Below, one piece after another: positions 14,501-26,156 of a stretch of 64,000 bases of DNA (position 1 is its first letter; each line of letters begins with the position of its first letter). Source of the stretch: Tubulanus polymorphus (taxonomy: Eukaryota > Animalia > Nemertea); the NCBI RefSeq assembly GCF_964204645.1, contig NC_134033.1, positions 5,542,231 through 5,606,230 on the forward strand, written 5' to 3'. Made by a program: the position numbers and the translations under genes. The notes beneath the pieces are model-generated. The model was not told the DNA's origin. It worked only from the letters and a program-made list of their open reading frames with translations, and did no database searches.

Positions 14501-17201
14501 ATTATTGAAGATGGTCTTAGTAGTAGATCTATAAAGCTTTGACTGTGCAATTGGTCCCTGAGTTGCATTTCCTAGTAAACTACACGTAGCATGTTGTACG
14601 GCAGAATTATTCTCCTTTTTTACAATTGCACGCAAATCATTTTTCTTATACTTTTTGCGAACTCCCGAAAATCGAACTCGTACTATAGCATGTTATATAT
14701 GTTTGTTTTTTTTTCTCAATCACATGGTTTTGAGTAAAAAAATGAACCGAACGCGTACTGGGCACTGCATTATTTTATGTAAATACACCCGAGCACTAGA
14801 ATGCAACGTGCTTTTTGATTTCTTATAAATATCATCAAATCCAATAGTCGAACAAGAAAGTCGAAATTATGGAATAGCGATGAATGAATTCTTGCATGGC
14901 ACTTGAACAAGCGCAGTGTACCTGATACAGTCGAAGGGATATCAGGTACATCGGTGTAACCCCTCGTACCTGCACCTGGAAATGCATTATATACCTGATG
15001 ATGGCCGTTAGTAAAGCGGGGTACACCATTTTCAGGTTCTCTTTGGAACGGTGGTCCATTGCGCCTGATGTAAACCGGTGTATCCAAAGATGCACATTAC
15101 TCTCCCGGTAGCAGCCGAGGTACTCTATCCTCGGAAGGTCGTTGTCAATACGTTGTATACAGATAATCCCACAATAATAACGAAAAACTATTGATAAGTC
15201 CGAAAGTAGTTCCTTGATTAGTAGTTTATTCGATGTTTCGACTTTATATGACTTCACATGATTTGTGATCGTTATTATCGTGGGACCGTCACAACACGGA
15301 TACAGTGTTTTATCAACGGTATTCGAAGGCTCTATCTATCGGATTCCATAAGTTCGTTTCTTTCCAGCATTTGCTGAAAAAATCGTCCATATTCTGTGTA
15401 TCTTGCACCGTCTGATTGCACTCCAGCAATTTGTTGCAAGTCCAGTGCACGAATTTCCATAAAGCGAGATTTTAGATAGTTTATGTTTTTTACACGTTAT
15501 ACCACGTTTTTTTATGGTGCATGTTTTTTCCTTGCTGGTCGTTAAGGTCACAGCCCGTTGCTTTATAAGTCTCTATATGGGCCGCGCAGTGACGAAATTG
15601 CTTCCAACAGCACTTTTGAGCCTTTTCACGTTACTCGAAGTACGGATCCGCCGCCTGCGAACGAGCCAGGAACATTTTTTGCATTCTATCGCTCCGATTT
15701 CATCAATATCTTTCAACTTAAAGTTTGATTCTTAGTATTTCCACCTCGATTTTCGATTTCATGATTTGCAAAAAGCCACTTTTTGGTGTTTGTCCCATTA
15801 ATGAATTGATCAACATTTTCAGCAATCTTATTTGTTCCGCATACGTTCAAAAATTTTCAAATTTGATATCCGTTCTTGCCGGGTTTCTTATCATTAAAAA
15901 GCCTGTAATTAATTTATACTTCCCCATTTTTCACTTTCCTTTTGCCCTTCTATTGTATTTCTCATGAATCCGTACTCCAAGTATTTGAAAAGGCCCGAAC
16001 TTCGCCGACACGCGCTTTCGAATACAGATACAGAAGTTCAATGAAATCAACATCGTTTTCTTTTCACCAATTGTTGCAGATATTATGACAAAGAAGAGAA
16101 GGCGGAAATTCCGCTTTCCGAAGCGATCGATTTAGGTTTACTGGAGGTCGAATACGACGACACCGACCCGGGAGAGTCGCAGTCCGTCACCAGAACGTAT
16201 TCCGTCCATGGAGTAGTCGACCAGCGTAAAAAACAAAAGGTGACTTGAAAAACAAAACGAAAAATCAAAACTTTAAAATCTATTGACATAGAAGAATAAA
16301 ATATGTTTTTACTTTATATATTGCCTAATGTTATGAATATGATATATTATCTAGGGTCCATGAAGTTATTTTGAATTCGAATAATATATCGACTTAATTG
16401 AATTGAATTGCCCGGGTACCAGTCTTACCGAGCTAGCCCTAATATTGATGACGTAGGGCGGCACAACGACTCGAAATTCATTATCAAATAACACAAGAAC
16501 TCGTTGAATAGAATGATCTAATAGCCATGAAATACATTTCATTACAAAATGAACGCCAGAATTTATAATTGTAATTGCTATTTTCCTAACGCCAATATCG
16601 ATGACGTAGTGCACACCGACGCACACAATACCTTTTGATTAATGCACAATAGTTAATCAATGTCTACCTAACATGGGCCAACATAAGACTTTAAATCCCA
16701 CAGCTTTAACATTTCAATATTGAATTTCGAGTAGACAAATTTTTCGGTGGTTTATGTTAATCTATGTGTTAATTTTATGTCAATTTATGTTAATGTTATG
16801 TCAATGTCATGTCTTATTACTGCATCATGCACATTGTGACTTTTGGTAGTTCATGGGGTAACATCTTTAACTTTTTGTTTGGACAATTTGGTTCAAAAAC
16901 CGGTCTAATGAAATTTTCCTCTAATCAAACATTAAGCATTTATTTCCACCGCTTGGTATCGCCACAGGTGTCGTTCGACGAAGCCATCCGCCTCGGGCTG
17001 CTTGACATGGACGAGGACGTCTACGTGAACAACGTCACCAAAGAGAAAATCGGCATCAGCGAGGCGATCCGGCGCGGTCTGATCAAAGCGAAAATCAGAA
17101 TCGACGACAACAAGGAGCTGTTCGAAGAAGAGGAGAAACTGTTCAAAAGCAAAGTCGGCAAGCTGAAATCGCGAATTCTAGCCAGTTCGGTGTTTTATTA
17201 G
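1..17201 (+). CDS. Giant multi-exon protein (5' end outside window): AHNAK/periaxin-like repeat exon plus C-terminal plectin (plakin) repeat-like exons
   Basis: Exons <1..11516 (ACG|GTAAGA, phase 0), 12661..12874 (cag|GTG; G|GTTAGT, phase 1), 13356..13488 (phase 2), 16080..16239 (phase 0), 16968..17201 (TAG). All phases match. The small exons encode VVDPRSGKEIGFDEATKKGIL, VMDTETDEFVSIDEAKKRGILD, EIPLSEAIDLGLL, VSFDEAIRLGLLD, KIGISEAIRRGLI (plectin-repeat-like D.....hs..EAh..Ghh pattern). Confidence 0.8.
12885..13175. repeat. Intronic minisatellite, ~39 bp unit
   Basis: CAGTTCC(A/G)CA...AATTTGA recurs at 12888, 12924, 13008, 13047, 13086, 13125, 13164. Confidence 0.8.
14284..14558. mobile_element. 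Degenerate MITE (Harbinger-like termini)
   Basis: GCCCAGTTGCG ... TGTGCAATTGGTCCC imperfect TIR; internal GACTGGTCTTA motifs also seen inverted at 60100-60300. Confidence 0.4.
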
Positions 17202-19841
17202 AGATTCTCCTCATAAAACTTTTAACATCAATCATAAATGTGCTGAATCGCCTTGTATGAAATACCAGAATTTGTAGAAGATCCCGATCACTGACGTAGT
17301 TGATTTATATATGCAATTTTGATATTCTACCATAGAATGTTGTCGCCCTTTTTTATTCTCTGATTCACGTTGCTACAGTCTACAGTTAAACCTAGCCTTA
17401 CGTAGCTTTTCGGCTGTACTTGCAAAAGCTAAATGAAAACTGGTTTGAGCTATACTTCGTATCGGGACTGTGAAACAGTGTCGCGCTGTCTTCCCAGTAG
17501 TGTTAAATTAATGTGAACAACGCTGATCTAGAAAACAGCGTTTTGACAATTTTATTAGTACTTTAACCAGAGATAGAAATAGCGTTCAAGCATCGATTTT
17601 AAATCCTTTAGTTTTAATTTCGCTTTTTTTCGAGTATCCTTTGCAATATTTTCGCTTTCGCTGTGACGAGGTCGGTTTCGCTTTTGGGTGTTAAGAATCT
17701 ATTGGATTTCGATTAGAACCCGCCCGCGATATTGAGGCCTGAATTGTGAGGGTACTAAGTTCACCAACAAACTGCGAATAAATTATGCTCATCTCCCACC
17801 ACAGCTGCGAGGGGCTCACCAAGAAACCATTTGACTGTCTGTTCAAGTTACTCACTCCCAACACTGCTGTGAGGGTGTTCTTTAAGATCCCAGATGCCTA
17901 CTTTAGTCCCACACTCTTCGTTGTGAGGGTAGTTCACCTAGACACCTATGTGTCTGTTCAAGGCCACTCACTCCTACACAAATCGTGAGGGGAATTCACC
18001 ACCTCCTCACCACACCTGTGAAGGATTACTTCAATTAGCTTCGTATCCGTTGTAGTTGTTCCACGGATGTAAGGGGTTCGCGAGGAATTCATTACGTTGC
18101 CCTGACCACAGCTTTGAGAGAAAGGAGATTGACCTCCATAGAACGGCTTTGATTCGTGGTTTGCATCGGGAATATGCTATCGAGCAACTGAGCAAAATTT
18201 AACCCCAGGCCGCTGACCGACTTCTGAATAACGTACATAACGTCAACGTTGTAAACTGAAACATTACATCGTTTCCTTTTTTTCGTTAAAGGATACAAAT
18301 GAACAATATTTTGCTCGCCTAAAAATATTTTCTTGTAGTACTAAAGGATTTTTAATCGCATGTTTATCGACGGTCGCTTGAGCTTGAATTGTAAATATAT
18401 AATTTGCCCGGTACCGAACGCCAAATATGTGATGTATTAGTATTTCTATCGCTATTGCATGTGAATATATCAAGTGATATTTATAATTGTATATTGACAT
18501 ATATAACAAACTGATTGTATATTGACATATATTACAAACTGATATAAATCAAGATTCGACCTTTCTTCGAAAATGTTTAGTTCGTTGTTGTGTATTAATT
18601 GCATACATTATCTGCGAAAAAGGGAAAACTTAAAAGAAAATGAACCGTAGATAATTAATGATGTAGATAGAAGGCCGCGCTGAAAAACGGTAAAACCTTT
18701 TGCCGGCTGAATAAAATAATCGGAAAACTACTGTTTAAAAGTCATAGGTCAAATCTCTACAAAAACAGTTTATTAGATATTCGGGATATTTAGATTATAT
18801 TGAATAGTTTTTCGTGAAATGAAATCTTTGTGGTAAAGACTGTTGAATTATGTTATAAGTTTTTTGTTTTGGGTTTTTTTTTAGAATTTGTTTCGTCATT
18901 TTTCTGAAGGTAGCGAGGATCCTTTTCTACTACAGTATCCGAGCTGCTCTTGAAAAAATATTAGTTGATATTGTTAGTATAATACATTATATACCATATA
19001 TTATATCGTATTACATCATCTTATACATTACATCATTATTACTAATATTATTATTATTATTATTATCATCTATATTTGATATTTATAAAAAAGAATTTAA
19101 TAAAACTATACTATCGCTATCGCGCGTAACTGACAACTTGAGTTAGCGTTAAGTAAGTAACGAAAAACGGATGAATCTAAAATCTCTGTGACGCAGTCCA
19201 GTTAAGCAGGAATGTCCCCCTTCCCTACGAGTTTCCCGTGCCTTTTTAGTATCGGCTCGTGCCCGTTTTGAAAAATTAGTCTGTATTTCAATTGCACCAA
19301 AATTCTGAGAACCAATGGTCAAAATCACACTTTAATTGTATATAACGAAACCGTCGTGCAACATAATTGTCTAGTCTTATGAAATACAATTGTTACATCC
19401 GATAGACGTTTAATGTAGAATCGTTCACTCGGCACTAACGAGGATTTTGTTACAGGCCTAGCAGAGTTTTGTTAGGACCTATAGAAAGAATCGTTATATC
19501 GTTTTTTAAAGGCTTTGAAAGCATAATAATAATTTCTCTGCCCGCCCCAATATTCATATGCTACATAGTACGTCTATGTTGTTTGATGCAGAGGGTTCAA
19601 ACTCAGCCCGTCACTTTGTGATATTCCTGCCAGTCTAGCCCTGAAATCAGCCGAATGTTTCTATACTACGGTCGTTATTGTGCGAGGCTTAGTTAAGGCT
19701 GAACGGTCGTTTCGCTTACTGAACCCCGTGCCGTGGTATTCAAAAACACCGGTAAATAGAACGTCAAACGACCATTGGAGGTTATCGCGGCACTTGTGGT
19801 AGACTGCATGTAGCAAACCAGACAATTACCTAAATAGCGAC

Positions 19842-20674
19842 TCAGTCGGATACACTGCTGTTTCCTTGCGCTGTTGCGGATTGACTTGTAACCGTCGCGT
19901 CGAACTGTATGATAATGATGAAGTACGTCAGGAACATACCGGTCAACTGGAAATGAGGAAAACAGGAACTACGGTAAGATTAACGATATATAGAAGTGTA
20001 AGTAAAACTACGTGCACTCACCGGGGCTCGAACCCCGGTCTCGTGCGTAGAAAACAAGCACGCCGATGAGGAGCGTACTCAAATACAAATACGGTGACCA
20101 CCGAATGCCTCCAAGTTCACTCTTTAATCGATCATGCGGTTATGAAAACACCCAACATAGTATTTAAGTGATTATACAGGCAACCATTAGTCTAAATCTA
20201 TCTTTTAGTTATGGAATTTGAAAAGCAACCAGTCCATAAACTGATAAGACAAACGTTCTCCACAATGCTTTTATGACTTTATTTCATTCCCTTGGTGAAA
20301 ATTATCCGGTGGTTCTCAGACAGTTGTAAAGGAATTCGCCCCATTAGACCAACATAACTAGTCTACTTGTCCAGCGGTTATAATGTATAGCTCGTCCTAT
20401 ACGCGTACAATTTTTGAGGAAATAATTCCGCCAATTTGCTTTCAAATCGAAGCTGTGTTAGGTTCCTAAGTTATTCGTATAACCTACCGTCAAGAACGTA
20501 TCCCTATTGATGACGAAGAATTTCCAGGCAGTGACGCCAATCGGTGGGCCTTGTAACCGGGCGACAAAAGTTGTAAACTGACGAATAGAAATGACGTATA
20601 TACAAAAACGTATTCAATCCATACATAACATTGTTAATGATAAGTGGACGTCAAACTATGCATGCATGTATGTA

Positions 20675-20726
<52 letters not shown>

Positions 20727-22935
20727 TGCGCGCACGTACGTATGTATGCATGTATGCATGTTCCCTCCCTCCTTCCCTCTCCTCCTCTCCCCCTCTTTCT
20801 CTCTTTCTCTTGAGTCCATCGTGCAATGCTTACCTGTAAAACTTGCATGGTCGAAAGATGTTCATTCGAATTTAGATTCAGATCGTGAATCGACTCGACC
20901 AGATCGTGCGCCTTGAAAAATAGAAACCAGAAACGACGTTTAATCTAATGATTCATATAGGGATATAATAAAGAGCTCGTGGGCGGGAATTTGTATGAAT
21001 TTATGCAAAGAATAGTATGATTATGTTATCTAAATCGCAGATAATTGAGAAGATAAACGAAACAATCAACGTTCATTCTATGAAACTAACTTAACCATTT
21101 TGAAAGTCTATCTTTTATTTCAGGCTACGAGTAAAAATTGCTTAGTAATCTGACATACCAATACGGCAGCCATTACCACCCTTCCGTGACGTAATGTTGC
21201 AGTATTCATGGACAAGGTTCTTACAAACATATAATGAGCAGTTAGATTGTCCCATCTAGGTTTTATTCCTCTGCGTTGGATGTGGGAACACAACATTGTC
21301 ATTCCGATGGCGCGATGTGGACCCATCCTACAGCATGGCACCTGTATGAACGCCATTTTAAGGGGAATGTGGAGCTCCTCAATGGGATGCTGACACCACC
21401 AGAGGGTGCAACAAAATACTGGGTCATTCTTAGTGAAATTCAGTTCATAGAAATAGAAAGTTGAAGTTGAATTTCAGGCTTCCAAGTATGAAAATTATCA
21501 AACGAGTCATCGGATAGATTGCCATTCTCACGCAGTCAGCAGTTGGTAAATATTTCACTGACAATTGATTTACTACTAAGAAAAGTTGAATTTAGTTTTT
21601 ATGTATAGAGAAATCGAAACGCGGTAACCCAGTGCCACTAGCGATCCTGGCGGATTATCGCTGAATCCTCGCTTCAGTAGCTCTGCCGGTATCACTTTAC
21701 CCCGAGGTGATTACGTTCATAACGATGTTATGGACGCGAGGGTAGGCTAGTTGCGGGCAAGCATAGCTTGATATCGGTGGTTACCATTGGCTTGCAACAG
21801 ATTATTGATGTTTTGTACTTACACTGTCATTGAGGGTGATTCCATCGAACAGCGTCATTCCAACTAAAACGCACATCAGTAGAATCCAATAAATATGCGA
21901 TAAGATTACGAACGCGCCCGACGACAATCGAAAATGCCAAATAGTGTTGTACATGACGCACATCAACCCGACCAGACCGCACATAGTCGTGTTCAAATTA
22001 TACAACTGTTGGATAGTGTCGATATGCGCCACCAGGTGGCACAATCTCTGGTGATCCTTGCGATGTTGTTCTAGATTGCGAAGCAGTGTGCGCGGGTCAT
22101 CGGTCATCTCTTCGACGAATCGGCTGTTCAAACTGCGGAATGCGGTGACGGCGCATTGAACGGACAGATGATTGAAGAAAGATGTCATCACCCAACCGGC
22201 GCTCATGTACACGTTTATGATAACGCAGCCGATTCTCAAGAACCATTTCAATCCGGGCGACGCGTCCTTTAACCAAAATACCGGTGATAATATGTTGCCT
22301 CCGGAGAGCGTGCCGTTTTCGAACGGTTCGATGGTTATGTACGTCGCGAAGGCCGTGTTCAAGAGTACGAACAACCAAGCTATCGTGGTCGACCGAATCG
22401 AACATCCGACGCCCTTCTCGAACGAGCACGCCTCCTTACACTTGATCGTTTCGAAGACACTCTGTAATTCGATGATCAGCGACGGTGCTAGTTTCTTCCA
22501 GCGCCAAATTACGAAACAATACGTGAAGTTGAACGCGACCCAAAAACAGTAGATCAGTCCTAAAATGGCAAACATGGTGAACTGGTCGAACGCGACGATT
22601 TTCGTGTCGGCAGCGAAACGAGCTAACGTCAGCCACCCGCAGGCCAAACACGCGATTACGCAGTAGATTTCGTTAGCGGTTATACAGCGAATAGCCGACG
22701 ATCCCCCGTGACGATCGTGGTACAGACCGAGCATCCGCATGCTGATCAAAATCGGTCGAAATACGGGGTAAATCGCCGTTTTTGTGTAGACCGTACCCGC
22801 GCCGATGCCGCCTCCATTTTTGCGCTTCGAAGATTCCGATTGCTGCAACCGTTGCTGCTGCTCGGAAACGTCCAACGTAATTGCGTGGTCGTTGGTTTTC
22901 AGCACGAGATCCGACGGCGAAATTCTGATCGACAT
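19842..22935 (-). CDS. Gustatory receptor-like (GRL / 7TM ion-channel family) protein, ~461 aa, 4 coding exons
   Basis: Exons 22935..21823, 20911..20834 (AHDLVESIHDL...QVLQ), 20577..20488 (FTTFVARLQGPPIGVTAWKFFVINRDTFLT), 19946..19842 (LTGMFLTYFIIIIQFD...*). All three introns are GT-AG, phase 0. TYhhhhhQF TM7 signature; RKDHQRLCHLVAHID motif in exon 1; in-frame stop upstream of the ATG; probable 5'UTR exon ending 23464. Confidence 0.92.
20012..20075 (-). other. tRNA-derived fragment (pseudo-tRNA/SINE head) in GRL intron
   Basis: Minus strand CCGGGGTTCGAGCCCCGG T-arm/B-box; no complete cloverleaf. Confidence 0.35.
20660..20810. repeat. Compound microsatellite (TATG)n(TG)n(CGTG)n followed by a CT-rich tract
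   Basis: Direct inspection; lies in GRL intron. Confidence 0.95.
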
Positions 22936-23253
22936 TTTTTTCGTTCGCGTTCACGATTCTGCGGTGAAATCTAAAATATCTCCAATACAGCTCTGACAAT
23001 CCGATTAGTTTCTACGATATGTAACTTCGGTGTAATGTCGAATTAGCGAATATTCTGGATTTCAAAAAGTCATTTGACGTGATAAAAAACCTTTTGAGAT
23101 CAATTGAAATAAGATTAGACCGAGTCTATGTGGTTTATATATATAAGAGACCAACGCCATTGAAGACTAACGATGCAAATCATCTAAAACTAGACCTGAT
23201 CGTTGAAGATGTTTTTGAGAATAAAAAACCCCTGAAGATTTAACCCGAAATAT

Positions 23254-23411
23254 CAGTTTCATCTGAGTTATCGTCATCGAATTTGTATAAAGTGGGTCAT
23301 TTATATGCTCGTGAATGACCCAGAATATCCATGTTTGAATATATCGGGGTCATTTATATACAAAAATGACCCACAAGGTCCAAAATTGATAACGATAACT
23401 AGTTGAAACTG
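23254..23411. mobile_element. Palindromic MITE (~160 bp)
   Basis: CAGTTTCATCTGAGTTATCGTCATCGAATTT mirrors AAAATTGATAACGATAACTAGTTGAAACTG; inner GTGGGTCATTT/AAATGACCCAC arms. Confidence 0.65.
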
Positions 23412-24126
23412 GTCTTATTTTCGTTATTAAACGTCGATAGTGTGGGTCTAAAATATACCTTACCGAGCCCATTCAACCGCAGCCTGCCAAGTCGATTAGC
23501 AATGTGTCGAATCGTTTTGTATGAATTCACGCGGTTTTAGTTGTGTAAATTGTAACTCGGCACCGCGTATTCAGTCCGTCACCGATAGCGCTCGGCGGAA
23601 GTTGACGGCCGTGTTTGTCTTCGCTACCCCCCTTCGTTTATTTATCGAAGTCATGAATTCCCATGGGTGCGTCATTTTTGTAATGATTAACGTATCATGT
23701 CATCCCGGTGCGCGTGTTTGCTTTGAGGTTGCGCCAACACGCGTTTAGCGCGTGTCGTAAATTGTTTATTTGTGAAATAGGTTTTGATTGATTTGTATCG
23801 CTGTTCTATGGAGCGTATGAAAGGTCACTGCCATTAGAGTAGAGCTACAGAATATAAACCATAGAAAATAAAAACTGATCTGCCTGCCGCAAAGATAAAA
23901 AAGTGATCGTCAACTCATCTCAACTGAACAAAAATACCAAAGATACGGGAATTAATTTCGCAAAAATCGTTTTTGATACCGAATTTTTATTTCACGAATA
24001 AGTGATATGATATACGAACATGATGAACGATACTGAGATCCTATTTTGACAGTATTGGTAAATAAAAACACATCCTCCTTCGGCAGGGATTCGAACCTGA
24101 TGGCATCGATAGACATAGCCACGGTA

Positions 24127-24376
24127 CGAAACCCTGCCACACAAGACCGGTTGCGCAGTTACATGCGCAGGTTTACCGTCCGAAAACTCGCGGCGCCAAT
24201 CAGATTGTTGGTTGTACAATCGCTGAGGTACATTTCACGGAAGAGCGGTACATTGAAGAGCCAATGCTAATATAAACAGGATATCTAATTGGCTAATAAT
24301 GACATCATCTAAGCTGCACAGTTAGTTAGTACGTAACGAATGTAGCAGCTACTCGATCTAGTGTGGCAGGGTTTCC
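24127..24376. mobile_element. MITE with TIR GAAACCCTGCCACAC, flanked by TA
   Basis: TA-CGAAACCCTGCCACACAAGACCG ... CGATCTAGTGTGGCAGGGTTTCC-TA. Confidence 0.65.
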
Positions 24377-24493
24377 TAGCGTGAAGAAAGAGGTTGATAA
24401 ACACAATGTTTTATAGGGTGACGAATAAATTGATGTAATATTCATCACATTTTTCATTGCAGTGTCCCGTATAATTTTCATAATTACTCGGTA

Positions 24494-24660
24494 GTGATAT
24501 TGATATTGTCATTGACATTGATATTGATATTGACATTGATATTGGTATTCATATCGATATCGATATTGGTATTGATATTGGTATTGGTGCTGATATTATT
24601 ACTGATATTGGTATTGATATTGATATTGATGTTGATATTAGTATCGATACTGGTATTGAA
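24494..24660. repeat. (ATATTG)n-type hexanucleotide microsatellite
   Basis: Direct inspection. Confidence 0.9.
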
Positions 24661-25055
24661 TGGTAATGCCAAAGATGATTGACGAATTACAGTTCATTAA
24701 AGTTTCATTGAAGATCGTACTTAAATTTGGTTTTTTGGGTGTAAATATGAAAGTGATAAGGTAAAAGGGTTTTAGTTACTGTATGAACATATCATTTTAA
24801 CGAACACTGGTAGATAATCTGATAAATTCTGCTACTTTTACTGAAGTCAAAATATGTAAAATTCAAGTGTGGTACTATCTAGTCGGTGTTTCTAGTGGAA
24901 CCAGTACATTTTCCATTGAACCGCATTATGATAAACCCGTCGCAGGCTGTCGCGAGAATTATGATTGGTTTCATACAAATGACAACTGTGCAAATGGACA
25001 CAGCTAGGCCACGTTCAAAGCCACTATAAATGACCGTTTAGCCAGGTATTTAGGT

Positions 25056-26156
25056 TTACAAACGTTTAATTATATATAACATCTCATTGAGCTGATGTCG
25101 AAACTTCTTTCTCGACGCGACGTAAACGAAGAAATTCGCCGACGCCGAACATTTCCTCGTCAGATCTTTCGCGAAGTCCATGTAATGGCCGATGCCGGAT
25201 AGAAGCGAGCCCCTCAAACCGTTTTTATAGATAAGATAGTTGTTTACCATACCGGACATGAGTAGGGAACGTTTAACCAAATAGATACAGCAGATTATCA
25301 CTAAAGCGATCGTCAAACTACGTTCGTCTTTATTCCTAGAAAGAATAGTCGATGACGTCATGTGTTTTCGGGTATTCGTGGTAGATTTGAGTATTTTGAT
25401 TATGTTTGCCGTTAACACGAGAACGGTGGCGGATGGGACTATATGAAACACCGGCGTGTACACGAATAGCATATATAAACGATAATTTCGACTTCTATTG
25501 AACGCCGTTATTCGTATGGACCATCGCTCGTGCCCGGTACACGGATTCGTCGATCTCTTAGCCCATTTCTGAAAGAACCACGGACAAGAAATGGCCGCCA
25601 TTATGATCGTTATTCCTATTGCGTTGTAGCGAGCCCGTTTTAAAGAAATTAGCGCGCTCGCTTTCAAAGGCCAACGTACTACGATAAATCTATCAACAGC
25701 TATGATTAGAATTAACAAATCGGCCGCACCAGAAAAGTAGAATCTGATCTTCTGCGTGTACGGGTATGTTCGTTTAATTAAGTGGTTGAATTGTAAGGTA
25801 TGGTCGAGCAGTAACGTATGACTGTACAGTTTATTTTGAAAGTCGAATAACAGATACGATGCGCACATACAAGCGTCTAGAATAGCCAGATATTTCAGAT
25901 AGAAAATACTCGTATTTTTCCCGTTATCTTTGCGAAGAATCGCGTAGGACAAAACGTTAAGGAAGACGCCGAAAGCGGCGACGCTCGCGACGACCCAGTT
26001 CGCGACCTGATAGAAAGCGTTCACGTGAAACGGTTTGTAATCGGAATGGTGGATGTATTTGCATCTGGGATGCGGTTTGAAGCCGCCGATTACTGCAGTG
26101 ACACCGGTAACAACGGTAACATTGAAGCTCAAACTCGCATTTATATGAGCTGCCAT
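25056..26156 (-). CDS. Intronless class A GPCR, FMRFamide-receptor-like/chemoreceptor-like (copy 1)
   Basis: 366 aa, 7 hydrophobic segments, TM1 GVFLN, TM2 LAILD, DRF motif, TM7 SANFFVY, helix 8 KKFR. Confidence 0.92.
   Translation of the reverse strand: MAAHINASLSFNVTVVTGVTAVIGGFKPHPRCKYIHHSDYKPFHVNAFYQVANWVVASVAAFGVFLNVLSYAILRKDNGKNTSIFYLKYLAILDACMCASYLLFDFQNKLYSHTLLLDHTLQFNHLIKRTYPYTQKIRFYFSGAADLLILIIAVDRFIVVRWPLKASALISLKRARYNAIGITIIMAAISCPWFFQKWAKRSTNPCTGHERWSIRITAFNRSRNYRLYMLFVYTPVFHIVPSATVLVLTANIIKILKSTTNTRKHMTSSTILSRNKDERSLTIALVIICCIYLVKRSLLMSGMVNNYLIYKNGLRGSLLSGIGHYMDFAKDLTRKCSASANFFVYVASRKKFRHQLNEMLYIIKRL

Noticed and set aside
20591-20916. Cys/Val- and His/Thr-rich short ORFs (similar ones at 24484-24682 and 59081-59290)
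   Set aside because: Translations of microsatellites or alternate frames of low-complexity repeats.
23228-23260. CTGAAGA...GAAATATC hammerhead-like string
   Set aside because: No stem II can form, and the 3' part belongs to a MITE arm.
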